Positions 26,107-36,986 of a stretch of DNA of 64,000 nt are shown piece by piece. The DNA is from an uncultured Thermoplasmata archaeon (GTDB lineage: Archaea; Thermoplasmatota; Thermoplasmata; Lutacidiplasmatales; UBA184), in assembly GCA_963749235.1 (NCBI GenBank), contig CAVVLV010000001.1, forward strand, positions 410,989-474,988. Reading direction: 5' to 3'. The notes under the pieces were generated by a model. The model saw only the letters and a program-made list of their open reading frames with translations, had not been told where the DNA came from and did no database searches. The number at the start of each line of letters is the position of its first letter. The first letter of the stretch is position 1. A program made the position numbers and the translations under genes.

Positions 26107-27321
26107 ATGTTCGAGGTATCCCACCCCGAAGTCCTCGCCCGAGATTGGGTCCCCCCTGTGGTCCTCGGCCGCGAGAGGGAAGTGGCCGAGGTCGTCCGAC
26201 GGCTCGATCCCCCTCTCCCCCGGTGCCCTCCGCCGTGGATCGTGGGGGTCGTGGGGGCGTCTGGGAGCGGGGCGAGCGCCGTGGCTCGCCGGGCGGCGCG
26301 CGAGGTGGCGGACCGGCTCCGTTCGAACTCTCCGGGCCCCGCTCCTCGGGTCATCGCGGTGCGGTCGACGGGCCTCCGGGGGACCCACGGAGTCGCCACC
26401 GCGCTGCTGCGGCACCTGGACGAGGGGTTCGACGGTCGGGGGTTCGCCGTGGCCGAGATCCTGGCCGGGTTCCTGCGCCGCTTGCGGAGGGAGGCACGGC
26501 CGGCGATACTCCTCGTGGATGACCTGCACGTGGGGGGCCCGAACCTCGGTCCCCTGCTGCGCGCCCTCGAAGATCCGGACCGATTCCTCCCCGAGGGGGA
26601 GTTCGGCCTCCCTCCGACCTGGACGATCCTCGCCGGCTCTTCCGAGGGTTGGGTCTCCGCCGTCGCGGCGGCGGGGGAACGGTTCCCGATCGGGGAGCCG
26701 GTTCGCCTGTCCGCATACACCAACCGTGGATTGTCGGTACTGCTGGGCGACCGCGCCGAGCGGGCGCTCGGGAGACCGATCGCGGACTCGGCGGTGGTCC
26801 GCATCGTGGAGCAGACGATGGCCGAGGGCGGCGGGGCCCGCCGTGCCCTCGACCTCCTCCGACGGGAACTCATCGGCGGCCCCTCGCTCTCCGGCGACGC
26901 GGGTGTGCCCTGGGGTGCGCCGCCCTCCCTCGTCGAAGTGGAGACTCGGGTGGTCCGGGCGATCGAGGCGGTGACCCGCGACCACGCCGCGCGGGTCGGC
27001 GATGTCCGACGCTGCGAGGCCGAGCTAGCGCGGATCCAGGGGACGAGACCGCTGCCGGCCACGACCTTGTGGCGACGGATCGTTCGCTTGGAGCGCGCCG
27101 GGTACGTCCGACGGGAGATCCGCCCCGGTGGGACGGGCGGCACGCGGTCGATCGTGCGCGTCCTGACTCCCGTCGAGGAATGGGTCACGTCCGGCCGTCG
27201 TCCGGAAACTCATCGAGACGACGTACGGTGGAGCGCGCTCCCACCGGACGGGGGCGAGGAGGCTCGGCCACCGGAGCTGATGGCAGCCGTTCTGCGTCCT
27301 CCTTCCGACCCAGCTGACTGA
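26107..27321 (+). CDS. Orc1/Cdc6-family AAA+ paralog with degenerate Walker A (GASGSGAS, Lys missing) and C-terminal winged helix
   Basis: Aligns to Orc1 blocks: LGREREVAEV, Walker B ILLVDDLH, sensor TWTILAGSSE, wHTH LWRRIVRLERAGYVRRE. Confidence 0.65.
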   Translation: MFEVSHPEVLARDWVPPVVLGREREVAEVVRRLDPPLPRCPPPWIVGVVGASGSGASAVARRAAREVADRLRSNSPGPAPRVIAVRSTGLRGTHGVATALLRHLDEGFDGRGFAVAEILAGFLRRLRREARPAILLVDDLHVGGPNLGPLLRALEDPDRFLPEGEFGLPPTWTILAGSSEGWVSAVAAAGERFPIGEPVRLSAYTNRGLSVLLGDRAERALGRPIADSAVVRIVEQTMAEGGGARRALDLLRRELIGGPSLSGDAGVPWGAPPSLVEVETRVVRAIEAVTRDHAARVGDVRRCEAELARIQGTRPLPATTLWRRIVRLERAGYVRREIRPGGTGGTRSIVRVLTPVEEWVTSGRRPETHRDDVRWSALPPDGGEEARPPELMAAVLRPPSDPAD

Positions 27322-29608
27322 GCACGCTCCGCGCCAGCACGGGCGAGTGCAGGGCGCTCGCGACCCGCTCGAACGGAGCCTGTCGGATCGCTTCCCGATC
27401 CGCGAAGCCCGCGCGGAAGAGGAGCCGTGCTCGCACCCGACCGATCCCCCGGAGGCGCACGAGGTCCAAGAGCTCCTCCCGCGCCCCGTACCGAACCCGC
27501 AGCGACAGGTCGTCGATCGTCCGACCCAAGCGCCGCTGGAAGACCGTCGCAAGACGCCCGGCGCCGAACAGAAGCCATTCGGCGTCCTCGACCTTGGTGC
27601 GGAGGTCGCCCGCTCCGAGACCGTACCGTTCGGTGAGCTCGACGATCGGGACCTCGTCGATCCACGCTTCGAGGATCGTCGCCGTCTTGAGAGAGGCGAG
27701 GAGTCCGTCCAAATCGAGGTGGATCGGCGGCTCGTCCGGCTTGACCAAGAGCTCCTCCGCCTCCTCCGTGAACCGGCCGAGCAGATCGGCCTCCTCTCCG
27801 CGCCGAAGGTAGAGGGGAGGAAGGTCGGGGGTCGCCGCGATGGCGGCGAGGAGGGCGAAGGCCCCGACCCCGATGGGGGCCCGCTCGAGGACCTGGCGGA
27901 GCACGACTGCACTGAGCGGGTCGAGGTAGAGCTCGCTGGTCAGGGCGCCGAAGCGGGTCGCCTTCAGGTGGGTTCCGGGAAGCAGGAATTCGTTCTCCTC
28001 GAGAAAGCGCCGAACGTTCCGGACCTTCGTCTCGAGCTCCACGAGCGGAAGAGTGCGGCCGTAGAACGTCGCGGCGAAGAAGGAGGTCAGTTCGGACTCC
28101 TCGTGCACCGCGCCACTCGCGACCAGGGCGAGGACGTGCATGCGCAACGCGGGCTCGGCCGCGAGGCGGCTTACCACGTCCTCGGGGGGGGCCGACAGGT
28201 ACCCGTCGAGCAGGCCTTCGATCGCGTCCTCCGTGCGAGCGATCAGGAGCGCCTCCCCCGCCGCGTCGAACCGAGGTCGGCCGGCCCGACCCAACATCTG
28301 ATGGATCTCCCCAGCCGGGATGGGAGCCTGCATCCCGACCCGGTCGTCGTAGCGCGTCGTGTCCCGGACGATCACCCGGCGGGCGGGGAGGTTGATGCCG
28401 GCGGCCAGCGTCGGGGTCGCCACGAGGACCTTGAGTGTCCGGTCGAGGAATGCCCGCTCGACGACGCGTCGTTCGGGATTCGTCAGCGAGGCGTTGTGGA
28501 ACGCGACGCCGGCGGGGAGCATCCCGTTCAATCGTCGCATCCCGGCGGTCTCCTCGTCCGAACCGGTGACGAGCTCCGCGGCCCAGGTGCGGGCCCGGAC
28601 CCGCTCCTCCGGGGTCAGCAGGGCCCGGACCGTCGGGATCAGCCCTTCGGCGACCTGCTCGCTCGCCCGTCGACTGTTGACGAAGACGAGGGCCTGCCCT
28701 CCCTCCTCGATCACGGTGCGGACGAGGCGGGGCACCGCTTCGCCGGGCGGGGGGATCTCCCGATCCGTCGTGTCCGTGAACCGGATCCGCCCGTCCGAGT
28801 AGACACCGAGCTTGAGAGGAACCGGACGGAAGTCGCTCGCGATGTGGCGCGCGTCCAACCAATCGGCGACCTCGCGGGAGTTCCCGACCGTCGCCGAGAG
28901 CGCGACCAGTTGGAGGTCGGGGTAGGACCGTCGGAGGCGGGTGATACTTACCTCAAGGGTCGGCCCTCGCTCGGGGTCGCGCAATAGGTGGACCTCGTCC
29001 ACGACCACGACCCCCAGCCGGTCGAGCCACGGGCTCCCGCGACGCAGGAGCGCGTCGGCCTTTTCGCTCGTGGCCACCAGGACGTCGAGCTTGTCCAACT
29101 GCTCGTTGGACAGGTCGAAGTCTCCCGTGGAGAGGCCAACCTTGAGTCCCAGCTCCTCGAATCGGCCGAGTTCTTCGGCCTTCTCCTGGGCTAGGGCGCG
29201 CAGCGGCACCAAGTACAAGCCGGTCCGGTGAGCGCGAACCGCCCGCACGAGGGCGAGGTAGGCGACCAAGGACTTCCCGCTCGCCGTCGGGCAGGCCAGG
29301 AGGACGCTCTCACCGGCGAGGACCGGCCCCAATGCCGCCGCCTGAGGTGGGAACAGGGCGGAGATGCCGTCGCGTTCCAGCACGGCTCGCAGGTCGGCGT
29401 CCAGGGGGAGCTCGGCCAGCGGGACCGAGCGGTGGGCCGAAGGGGTCTCCCCGCGAGACCGCCGGGGTGGGACAGTTCGGCGCGGCACGGACGCCGCAGG
29501 GACGTCCGTGCTAAGCCCTTTGCGACGGGGCCGCCTCGAGGAGCGTACGACCGAGGAGGAGCTCCTGGATCTCGCTCGTGCCCTCGACGATCGGGAAGAC
29601 GCGGGCAT
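27185..29608 (-). CDS. Ski2-like ATP-dependent DNA helicase (Hel308/Hjm-like) with Arg/Ser-rich N-terminal extension
   Basis: Motif I ACPTASGKS, II DEVH, III SAT, VI HNASLTNPERRVVE; overlaps the Orc1-like gene 3' end by ~135 nt. Confidence 0.75.
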   Translation of the reverse strand: MPASSRSSRARARSRSSSSVVRSSRRPRRKGLSTDVPAASVPRRTVPPRRSRGETPSAHRSVPLAELPLDADLRAVLERDGISALFPPQAAALGPVLAGESVLLACPTASGKSLVAYLALVRAVRAHRTGLYLVPLRALAQEKAEELGRFEELGLKVGLSTGDFDLSNEQLDKLDVLVATSEKADALLRRGSPWLDRLGVVVVDEVHLLRDPERGPTLEVSITRLRRSYPDLQLVALSATVGNSREVADWLDARHIASDFRPVPLKLGVYSDGRIRFTDTTDREIPPPGEAVPRLVRTVIEEGGQALVFVNSRRASEQVAEGLIPTVRALLTPEERVRARTWAAELVTGSDEETAGMRRLNGMLPAGVAFHNASLTNPERRVVERAFLDRTLKVLVATPTLAAGINLPARRVIVRDTTRYDDRVGMQAPIPAGEIHQMLGRAGRPRFDAAGEALLIARTEDAIEGLLDGYLSAPPEDVVSRLAAEPALRMHVLALVASGAVHEESELTSFFAATFYGRTLPLVELETKVRNVRRFLEENEFLLPGTHLKATRFGALTSELYLDPLSAVVLRQVLERAPIGVGAFALLAAIAATPDLPPLYLRRGEEADLLGRFTEEAEELLVKPDEPPIHLDLDGLLASLKTATILEAWIDEVPIVELTERYGLGAGDLRTKVEDAEWLLFGAGRLATVFQRRLGRTIDDLSLRVRYGAREELLDLVRLRGIGRVRARLLFRAGFADREAIRQAPFERVASALHSPVLARSVLSQLGRKEDAERLPSAPVAEPPRPRPVGARSTVRRLDEFPDDGRT

Positions 29609-30662
29609 CCCGTAAGAGTCGTCCGGCCGCCGCCGAGCCCCGCACTCCGTCGGGGCCGGCGACGTCTACGCCGGCCGAGGCGACCGAGACGGCCGCCCGG
29701 GAGGCGACCAACTTCGCGACCGAGGCCTCCGCCTGGAACGGGAGCCCCGCATCCTTTCGGTCGGCGGCGCGCTCGACCAGTGCGCGGGCGGCGGAGAGCT
29801 CCGTGAAGGCACGGGCCAGCGCGATCCGTTTCCAGTCCGCGTCGTCGGCCCGGACCGCGGTCCGCATCTCTTCGAACGCCGCTCGGGCCACCCCGAGTGC
29901 GCAACTGGCGATCCCGACGCGCCCCCCCGTGAGCGCGCCCAGCGCGACGTGGAGGCCGGCCCCCTCCGAACCGAGGAGAGCCTCGGGCGCCAGTCGTACG
30001 TGGTCGAAGAGGAGTTCGGTCGTCTCGCTCCCCCTCAGTCCGAGCTTTTCGAACCGCTGGGCGACCGAGAAGCCGGGGCTGGGCCCAGGCACGAGGAACG
30101 CCGAGATCCCCTTCGATCCGAGCCCGGGGTCGTGCGTTGCGAAGACGAGCAGGAGGCCCGCGTTGGCCGCGTTCGAGATGAACGTCTTCGACCCGGTCAA
30201 CGTGTACCCGTCGGAGGTCCTCTCGTACCGGGTGCGTAAAGCCGCGGTGTCGGAACCGGCCCCGGGCTCGGTCAGCGCGAACGCGCCCACCCGCTCGCCG
30301 CGGGCCAAGGGCGGAAGCCACTCGGCTTGCTGCGCGGCTGTGCCCCAGGTGGCGATGGGTAGGGAACAGACGGAGACGTGCACGGCAAGGGTGACCCCCA
30401 CGGCGGCGCTCGCCGCCGACATCTCTTCGAGGACGGCGGAGAGCTCCGTCGTCCGGGCCGGGCGTCCTCCCCATTCGGTCGGGAGGCCGAGTCCGAAAAA
30501 GCCGTCGCGCGCCAACGCACGGAGGAGCTCTACGGGAATCCGATCCTCCCGGTCGATCTCGACCGCCCGCGGACGCACTTCCCGGTCCGCGACCTCCCGA
30601 GCCCAGGCCCGCATCGGCTCGTTGGTCGGCGGACCTCGTTCCGTCACGGGGCCTCCCAGCAC
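29511..30662 (-). CDS. Acyl-CoA dehydrogenase
   Basis: ACAD N-terminal, middle (TEPGAGSD) and C-terminal domains. Confidence 0.85.
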   Translation of the reverse strand: MLGGPVTERGPPTNEPMRAWAREVADREVRPRAVEIDREDRIPVELLRALARDGFFGLGLPTEWGGRPARTTELSAVLEEMSAASAAVGVTLAVHVSVCSLPIATWGTAAQQAEWLPPLARGERVGAFALTEPGAGSDTAALRTRYERTSDGYTLTGSKTFISNAANAGLLLVFATHDPGLGSKGISAFLVPGPSPGFSVAQRFEKLGLRGSETTELLFDHVRLAPEALLGSEGAGLHVALGALTGGRVGIASCALGVARAAFEEMRTAVRADDADWKRIALARAFTELSAARALVERAADRKDAGLPFQAEASVAKLVASRAAVSVASAGVDVAGPDGVRGSAAAGRLLRDARVFPIVEGTSEIQELLLGRTLLEAAPSQRA

Positions 30663-30678
30663 GACGCACCCTTAATGG

Positions 30679-32621
30679 GTGGCGGCGGGTCGACCGCTCC
30701 GAGCGGTGGAGGGGAGAATGCCGGGGACTCCGACACCGAAGGACCGGTTCACCGCCCTCGACACGCTCGCGGTGGTGCGCGAGCTCCGCGCCCATCCCCG
30801 GGCCCGCGTGGACAAGGCGTTCGACCTTCCCGACGGGGGCTGGTCGCTCGCTCTTCGGGTTCCGGGCGAGGGACGTCTCGAACTCCTCCTCGTGCCCGGA
30901 CGGTACACCGCGATCCTCCCCTTCGGTTCCGAACGGGCCGAAGAACTCTCCCCGTTCGCCCGGGACCTCCGACGGGTGCTCACCGGCGCCGTCTTGGATC
31001 GCGTGACGGAGCCCGCCGGGGAGCGATCCCTCGAGATCGGGTTCACCCGCGGCGACGCCGCCGGTGGGATCCTGGTGCTGCTCGAGATGTTCGGGACGGG
31101 CAATCTCACGGTCGCCGTGGATGGGAAGATCGCCGCGGTCGCGCACTCGCGCCGGTGGGCGCATCGGGTGGTGCGGGTTGGGGCCGAGTACGCCCGGGCC
31201 CCCGGCCGCGCCGACCCCTGGGAGCTTACCGCGGAAGCGATCGAGGAGATCCTCTCGCGATCTCGTACAGACCTGACCAGTACGCTCGCCGCGCGACTCG
31301 GCCTCGGAGGACCGCTAGCGGAGGAGCTCGTGGCCCGCATCGCCGTCGACGGACAAGCGCCGGCCTCCGGCGACGCCCCCCTGCGGGCCCGGGCCCTTCA
31401 TGCCGCCCTCGCGACCCTGCGGTCCGAGGTCGGGGACCGCCGGCCGGATTCCTCTATGCACGGGAGGGCGCCCTGCTCGATGCCACCCCGTACCCCTCGT
31501 CCCGCTGGATGGGCGTCGAGGGCGTGCTTGAGGAGAAACGCGCGCACTTTTCCGAAGCCGCCCGCGACTACTTCCGCACGGTGGTACCCGCCGCTCCCGA
31601 CGTGGCGGCGCTCCAGGCCTCCTCCGAGCGCAAGGAGATCGACCGGATGCTCGTCCAACAGCGCGCCGCCGTCGTCCAGCTCGAGGGGGAGGTCGCGCAG
31701 CTGCAAGCGCGCGCCGAGCTGATCCTGGCCCACTATCCCGAAGCCGAGGCGGCCCTCCTCGCGGCCGAGACCGCCAGTCCGGGGGATCTGCCGGTGGAGC
31801 TCGTCCTGGAGGGCCAACGGGTGACTCTTTCCCGCCGTCGCACACCGCGGGAGACGGCCCAGGACCTGTTCGAGGAATCGAAGCGGCAGGCGACCAAGCT
31901 TGCCGGAGCCCGGCACGCCCTGGAGGAGACGGAAGCGAGGGCCACCCATCCCTCCACCGGAGAAGCCGTGGTCGCGGCGCGAGCCCGCGCGAGGGCGGCC
32001 CCCCCGAAGAAACAGTTCTGGTTCGAGAAGTTCCGCTGGTTCGTGAGCTCGGAAGGGGCGATCGTGATCGCAGGGCGGGACGCGGCGTCCAATGACCTGG
32101 TCGTTCGACGGAACCTGAAGGACGGGGACTTCTACCTCCATGCCGACCTGCACGGGGCGGCGAGCGTGATCGTCAAGCGGCCGGCGCCCGGGAGCCCGGA
32201 GGTGACCGAGGTCACCCTCCGCGAGGCGGGCCAGTGGGCCGTGGCGTTTTCGAAGGCGTGGCGGGCCGGCCTCGCCTCCGCCTCGGCGTTCTGGGTGACC
32301 CCGGACCAGGTCTCAAAATCCGCCGCGTCGGGCGAGTTCGTTCCGCGGGGCGCCTGGGTCGTCCACGGGACGAAGCATTTCCTGAAGGACCTGCCGCTCG
32401 AGCTCGCGCTCGGCACGGTCCGAGTGGAGGCCGAGGAACGATGGACCGCGGCCCCCGAATCGGCCGTACGGTCGCGGGGAACGGTCCGCTACCTTCTGTC
32501 ACCCGGCGAGGACCGGGATCGGGCGACCCGCGAGGTCGAACTGGCCAAGGACCTCGGCGTTTCCCGCTCGTTGCTCCAATCGCTACTGCCGGCCGGGGGC
32601 CTCTCGCCCCGGCGCACGTAG
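30679..32621 (+). CDS. NFACT-family protein (Rqc2/NEMF/FbpA homolog, DUF814), reading frame interrupted once (~31440-31455)
   Basis: NFACT-N in frame 1; NFACT-R/DUF814 block FEKFRWFVSSEGAIVIAGRDAASNDLVVRR...FYLHADLHGAASVIV in the adjacent frame. Confidence 0.7.
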
Positions 32622-33253
32622 ACGCGCTGCACCTCTTCGGCTGCGAACCGGTCGCCCGCCTGGCGCCAGGTTTGCTGGCGGGCCCGGAGGCCCACGATCG
32701 TCGCCACCGTCGTCGGCAGCTGGATGGTCGCGCCGACCTCCAGCATCGTCCCGGGCGCGATCGGTAGCCGACCGGCCTGCGTCCGACGGCCCTCGACCAG
32801 CGAGTAGAGGACGTTCGGTCCCGTCTTCCGGACCGCCCACACGGTGCGAACGTCCTTGACACGTCCCGAGGAGACCGGCTTTCCCGCCCGGTCCTCGATC
32901 TTGTGGATCTCGAGCGGCTCGGGGTACTCCGGCACACCGGTCCCGAGCTGGACCTTTCGATCCGCGGGGAGGGCGATACGCTTCCGTTCGGAGCGGGGCC
33001 CGTCCGAGACGATCAACCATAGTTCGTCGGTCGTGGGGAGGGTGGAGACGAACGGGTGGGAAAGGCCACAGTTCCGGCACCGGGCCACGCCGCGCACGAC
33101 GGAGGCCCGCGGCCCGGGACCCCGTCCTTCCAGGTGAAGGATGCGGTGCGGGGTCTCCCCACCACACACCTCGCACGGGAGGCGGGCGGAGTGCAACGCG
33201 GCCGCCCCGGGTTTCGCCGGGGGGCCCGCGGGGGCCTCCTCCTCCTCGGACAT
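32489..33253 (-). CDS. Zn-ribbon + beta-barrel hypothetical protein (acidic MSEEEE N-terminus)
   Basis: CEVCGG...CRNCG zinc ribbon followed by a conserved-looking beta-rich domain; C-terminal 40 aa overlap the NFACT gene end and may be artefactual. Confidence 0.45.
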   Translation of the reverse strand: MSEEEEAPAGPPAKPGAAALHSARLPCEVCGGETPHRILHLEGRGPGPRASVVRGVARCRNCGLSHPFVSTLPTTDELWLIVSDGPRSERKRIALPADRKVQLGTGVPEYPEPLEIHKIEDRAGKPVSSGRVKDVRTVWAVRKTGPNVLYSLVEGRRTQAGRLPIAPGTMLEVGATIQLPTTVATIVGLRARQQTWRQAGDRFAAEEVQRVYVRRGERPPAGSSDWSNERETPRSLASSTSRVARSRSSPGDRR

Positions 33254-33342
33254 GGGAAGGGGCAGGCCGGGTCGGTGGCTTGAGTCTTCGCCCCCTCGGG
33301 GAAAGCGGAGCCGGCCCCCTCCTTCGCAGGGTGCGGTCCGCT

Positions 33343-34326
33343 CTAGCCGAGCTTCCACCGGCGGAGGCTCGACCGGAACAGGAGTCGACGGGCCAGCCCG
33401 GGCGAGACCACCGCCGCCAGGGCGGCGAGGCGTACCCCCTGATCCCCCCGGCCCGCCCCCCGAGATAGGGCGCGCAGTGCAGCTCGACGGGGCCTTTCTC
33501 CGGCCTCGAGGGCGGCGAAGAAACGGAACCCTTCCGTGGCCCGCATCAAGTACTGGGTCATCGGCGCGTCCGGCCCGGCCCGTTCGGCCGCGATGCGAGC
33601 GAGCGTTCCGTTCGCACGAGCGAATCGTTCGGATGCGACTCGGTGGCGGGCCCGGAACTCCTCGGGCGTCGCCCCTCGAGCATGCGACATGTTCTGGTCG
33701 TGAAGGCGGAGCAGGGTCAGCGGTTCCGCAGTGATCCGCATTCCGGATCGACCGCTCAGGAGGGCCGCGACCAGCCAGAACAGGTCGGCTGACCACCCAG
33801 CTTCACGCGCGGCCGGGATCCATTCGACGGCCCAACTTCGCCGAACCGAGGTCGACGAGCAGTTTCCGGGCCAGATGCTGCGGACGAGCTCGCCAAAGTC
33901 CTGGCCGTCCCACCCGTCGAAGCGCTCGGGGTGGGTGCCGGCCAGTTCCGGGTGGCTCGCCTGGATCGGACGCCCCTGGGAGTCGATGGGGCGCTGGGCG
34001 TGGTCGTAATAGTGCAGGGTGGGCGACGCCCCGAAGAGCTCGCGAACGCGGGGGACCTTTTCGGGCGTCCAGACGTCGTCGTCGTCCAGCAAGGCCACGA
34101 CATCTCCTCGAGCGGCCTCGAGCCCGCGACACTGCTTCTCCGCCGTATCGGGGGTGGGGCAGAGAATGTCGAGGTAGCGGCCCTCGCAGCCCTCGATCGG
34201 TCCCGTGAAGTTACGGACGACCACGACCTCGTCCGCTCCCCCCTCCACGGCGGAGCGCACAGCGAAGGGCAGGAAGGCGACCCGGTCGTGGGCGGTGATG
34301 ACCGCCGTGATCGTGGGAGTACTCAC
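33343..34326 (-). CDS. Glycosyltransferase family 2
   Basis: ITAVITAHDR...VVVVRNFTG...ALLDDDDVW (GT-A DxD). Confidence 0.75.
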   Translation of the reverse strand: MSTPTITAVITAHDRVAFLPFAVRSAVEGGADEVVVVRNFTGPIEGCEGRYLDILCPTPDTAEKQCRGLEAARGDVVALLDDDDVWTPEKVPRVRELFGASPTLHYYDHAQRPIDSQGRPIQASHPELAGTHPERFDGWDGQDFGELVRSIWPGNCSSTSVRRSWAVEWIPAAREAGWSADLFWLVAALLSGRSGMRITAEPLTLLRLHDQNMSHARGATPEEFRARHRVASERFARANGTLARIAAERAGPDAPMTQYLMRATEGFRFFAALEAGERPRRAALRALSRGAGRGDQGVRLAALAAVVSPGLARRLLFRSSLRRWKLG

Positions 34327-34494
34327 TGATGACCCGTCCCCGTGGAATCCGACCGAGAACGGGGGCGGTCTTAGCTCTGCACTCTCTTCGGCCGGGCGGC
34401 GGGTGGGCCGTCGAGAGAACGGTCCCGCGGCGCGAGGTCAATCCGGCCTGACGCCTCGGACATAACCCTCCCGCCCGGTCTCGGAGAGCGAGGA

Positions 34495-36457
34495 GTGATG
34501 GCGCCCGGTCCCATTCCCGCGCAACCGACGGTCGCGTCCGTGGCCTCCCTGGCCTCCCGGCTCGAGCGGGTGCGCTCGAGCCTGGTCGATCTGGAAGCGG
34601 CGGCCGAGCTCGGTCCGTACGGTTCGCAGCGGGACAGCGCCCGCAACCTCCTGCACTACCTGGCGTTCCGCCGATTCGACCTTCGACGGGACCAGGCCCG
34701 CCTCACCCACTGGGGCCTCTCCTCGCTCGGCCGGTCGGAAGGGCACGTGCTGTACAACCTGGATGCGGTTCTCGGATGGCTCCACTCGCTTCAGGGTGGG
34801 ACTCGCCCGGAACGCCCCGCCCCGACCGGGCCCGACCCCGAGCGGGGGCGCCACCTCCTCGCGAGGAATTCCCAAGCGCTCCTGGGTCCGACCCATCCCG
34901 GTCGAGGCGTGCGCATCATGGTTACGATGCCCGCCGAGGCGGCCACGGACTATGAGCTCGTGCGCGAACTCGTGGAGGTCGGGATGGACTGTGCGCGGAT
35001 CAACTGCGCTCACGAGGGACCCGACGAGTGGGCCCGCATGGTCGCGCACGTCCGTCGGGCGGAGCGTTCCACCGGCCGCCGCTGCCGGATCGAGATGGAC
35101 CTGACGGGTCCCAAGATCCTGTACCGGAGCGATCCGACCGGGACCGGCCGTCCTCAAGGTTCGTCCGACGCGCGATGCGTTCGGGCAGGTGACCGCGCCG
35201 GCGTCGGTGTGGCTAGTCCCGGAGGAGGAGGACGGGACGCTCCACCCCGCTGGACGATCGGTTCCAGTCCCGAACGACTGGCTCGCCCGACGTCGGATCC
35301 CCGAACAAGTCGAGGTGGTCGACCTCCGCGGGGCCCGACGGACGTTGCGGCTTCAGGAGCGGGCCGGCAAGTGCGTCCGCGCCGAGCTCTCTAAGACGGT
35401 CTACCTCGAACGTGGGAACCTCCTTACGGGACTCGCGGCCGACGGACGCGAGGATCGCGCGCGGATCGGACCGATCGAGCCCGTCCCGCAACGCCTCCGC
35501 CTCGAACGCGGTGACACGCTGATCGTGACCGCCCGCCCGGAACCGGGCGAAGCGGCGCGACGGATAGCCGACGGGCGAGTGCTCCGCCCGGCTCACATCG
35601 CCTGCACGCTGCCCGAGGGACTTCGGTCCGTCCGGACCGGCCAGTCGATCTGGTTCGATGACGGGCGGATCGGTGGGGTTGTGCGGTCGGCGACCGAGGG
35701 GCGGCTGCGGGTGGAGGTCACCCATGCCCCTCCCGAAGGGACCTGGCTGGGTGCGGACAAGGGGATCAACCTCCCCGACACCCAGCTCGACCTGCCCGCC
35801 TTGACGGAGAAGGATTTGGAGGACCTTCGGTTCGTCGTGCGACACGCGGACCTGGTCGGTCTCTCGTTCGTCCACACTCCCTCGGACCTTGAGCAATTGC
35901 GAGCCGAGCTCGCCCGGCTCGGGCGCCCACGCATGGGCGTCGTACTCAAGCTGGAAGTTCGACGAGGGTTCGCCGAACTCCCGGGGATCCTCCTCGCGGC
36001 CCTCCGCAGCCCTCCCGTCGGCGTGATGATCGCCCGGGGGGACCTCGCGGTGGAGGTCGGCTTCGAGCGACTCGCCGAGGTCCAGGAGGAGATTCTGTGG
36101 CTCTGCGAGGCCGCTCACATGCCCGCGATCTGGGCCACCCAGGTCTTGGAGGGCTTGACGAAGAGCGGACTGCCGTCCCGGGCGGAGGTGACGGACGCCG
36201 CGATGGGGGAGCGGGCCGAGTGCGTGATGCTGAACAAGGGGCCGCACGTGGTCGCGGCGGTCCGAGCCCTGGACAGCATCTTACGTCGCATGCAGTCGCA
36301 CCAGGCGAAGAAGACCGCGATGCTCCGCCACCTTCAGGTCGTCGAACGGTTCTTTCACGGGCGGCGCGCGGGCACGACCTCCCGGCGTGGCGGACGACTG
36401 GCGCGGGCGGGTCCGTCACGCGGAGGTCGCGCCGCCGATGGGGCTGCCCGAATTTGA
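34495..36457 (+). CDS. pyk: Pyruvate kinase with ~90-aa N-terminal extension, reading frame interrupted once (~35110-35190)
   Basis: RIMVTMP...GMDCARINCAHEG in frame 1; MIARGDLAVE and C-terminal domain in frame 2. Confidence 0.7.
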
Positions 36458-36546
36458 ATCGGGGTCCCGGGCTCCCAAAGCCCGAAGGATGGACCAATAG
36501 AGCAGGGCGAGGTGTGACCCTCGTCCCGTAGCTACCCCACAGCCCC
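36439..36546 (-). tRNA. tRNA-Pro(UGG), intron-containing (108 nt; 33-nt intron at the same D-arm position as tRNA-Arg)
   Basis: Acceptor GGGGCTG/CAGCCCC, T-arm CCCGA-TTCAAAT-TCGGG, anticodon arm CGGGC-TTTGGGA-GCCCG, discriminator A. Confidence 0.5.
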
Positions 36547-36556
36547 GCATCGAAGG

Positions 36557-36985
36557 TCAGACGGCGTCCACCCGTTTCAACGTTCGGCCGATGCGGCACT
36601 CGGCTGGGTTCGGGTCGACCTTCTCGATCCGGTACCGCTGCTTCGCGGGCAGGTTCGGTCCCGCACAGTCCCACCAGTTCGGGCAGTCCAGGCGGCGGCA
36701 CGGGTACCGGCTCACGTCGACCGAGCTCCCGACGACCGCGCTCCGGGCCTCGACCAGGAGCGGTCTGGGGACGACCTTGACCTCCACCACGTGGGCGTCG
36801 GTCTCCTGGAGGGCGCACGGGTGCTTGATCGGACGGACCTTGGTGATCGCGTACCGCCGGCCGGTGTCGAGCGTGAGGCACGCGTGCCGATAGGGACACG
36901 TGCGGCAGACCGGGGCCCCGCCACCGTAGACGAATTCGAACCCTTCGTGCGCCTCGCTAATGCCGATAAGCGTGATTTCCGCCAT
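36557..36985 (-). CDS. UPF0179-family archaeal protein (Cys-rich, ~142 aa)
   Basis: MAEITLIGISEAHEGFEFVYGGG..C..C; conserved Cys pattern. Confidence 0.55.
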   Translation of the reverse strand: MAEITLIGISEAHEGFEFVYGGGAPVCRTCPYRHACLTLDTGRRYAITKVRPIKHPCALQETDAHVVEVKVVPRPLLVEARSAVVGSSVDVSRYPCRRLDCPNWWDCAGPNLPAKQRYRIEKVDPNPAECRIGRTLKRVDAV

Positions 36986-36986
36986 G

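Noticed and set aside
29191-31164. 657-aa minus ORF overlapping acyl-CoA dehydrogenase and NFACT
   Set aside because: Antisense or alternative-frame artefact. No motifs.
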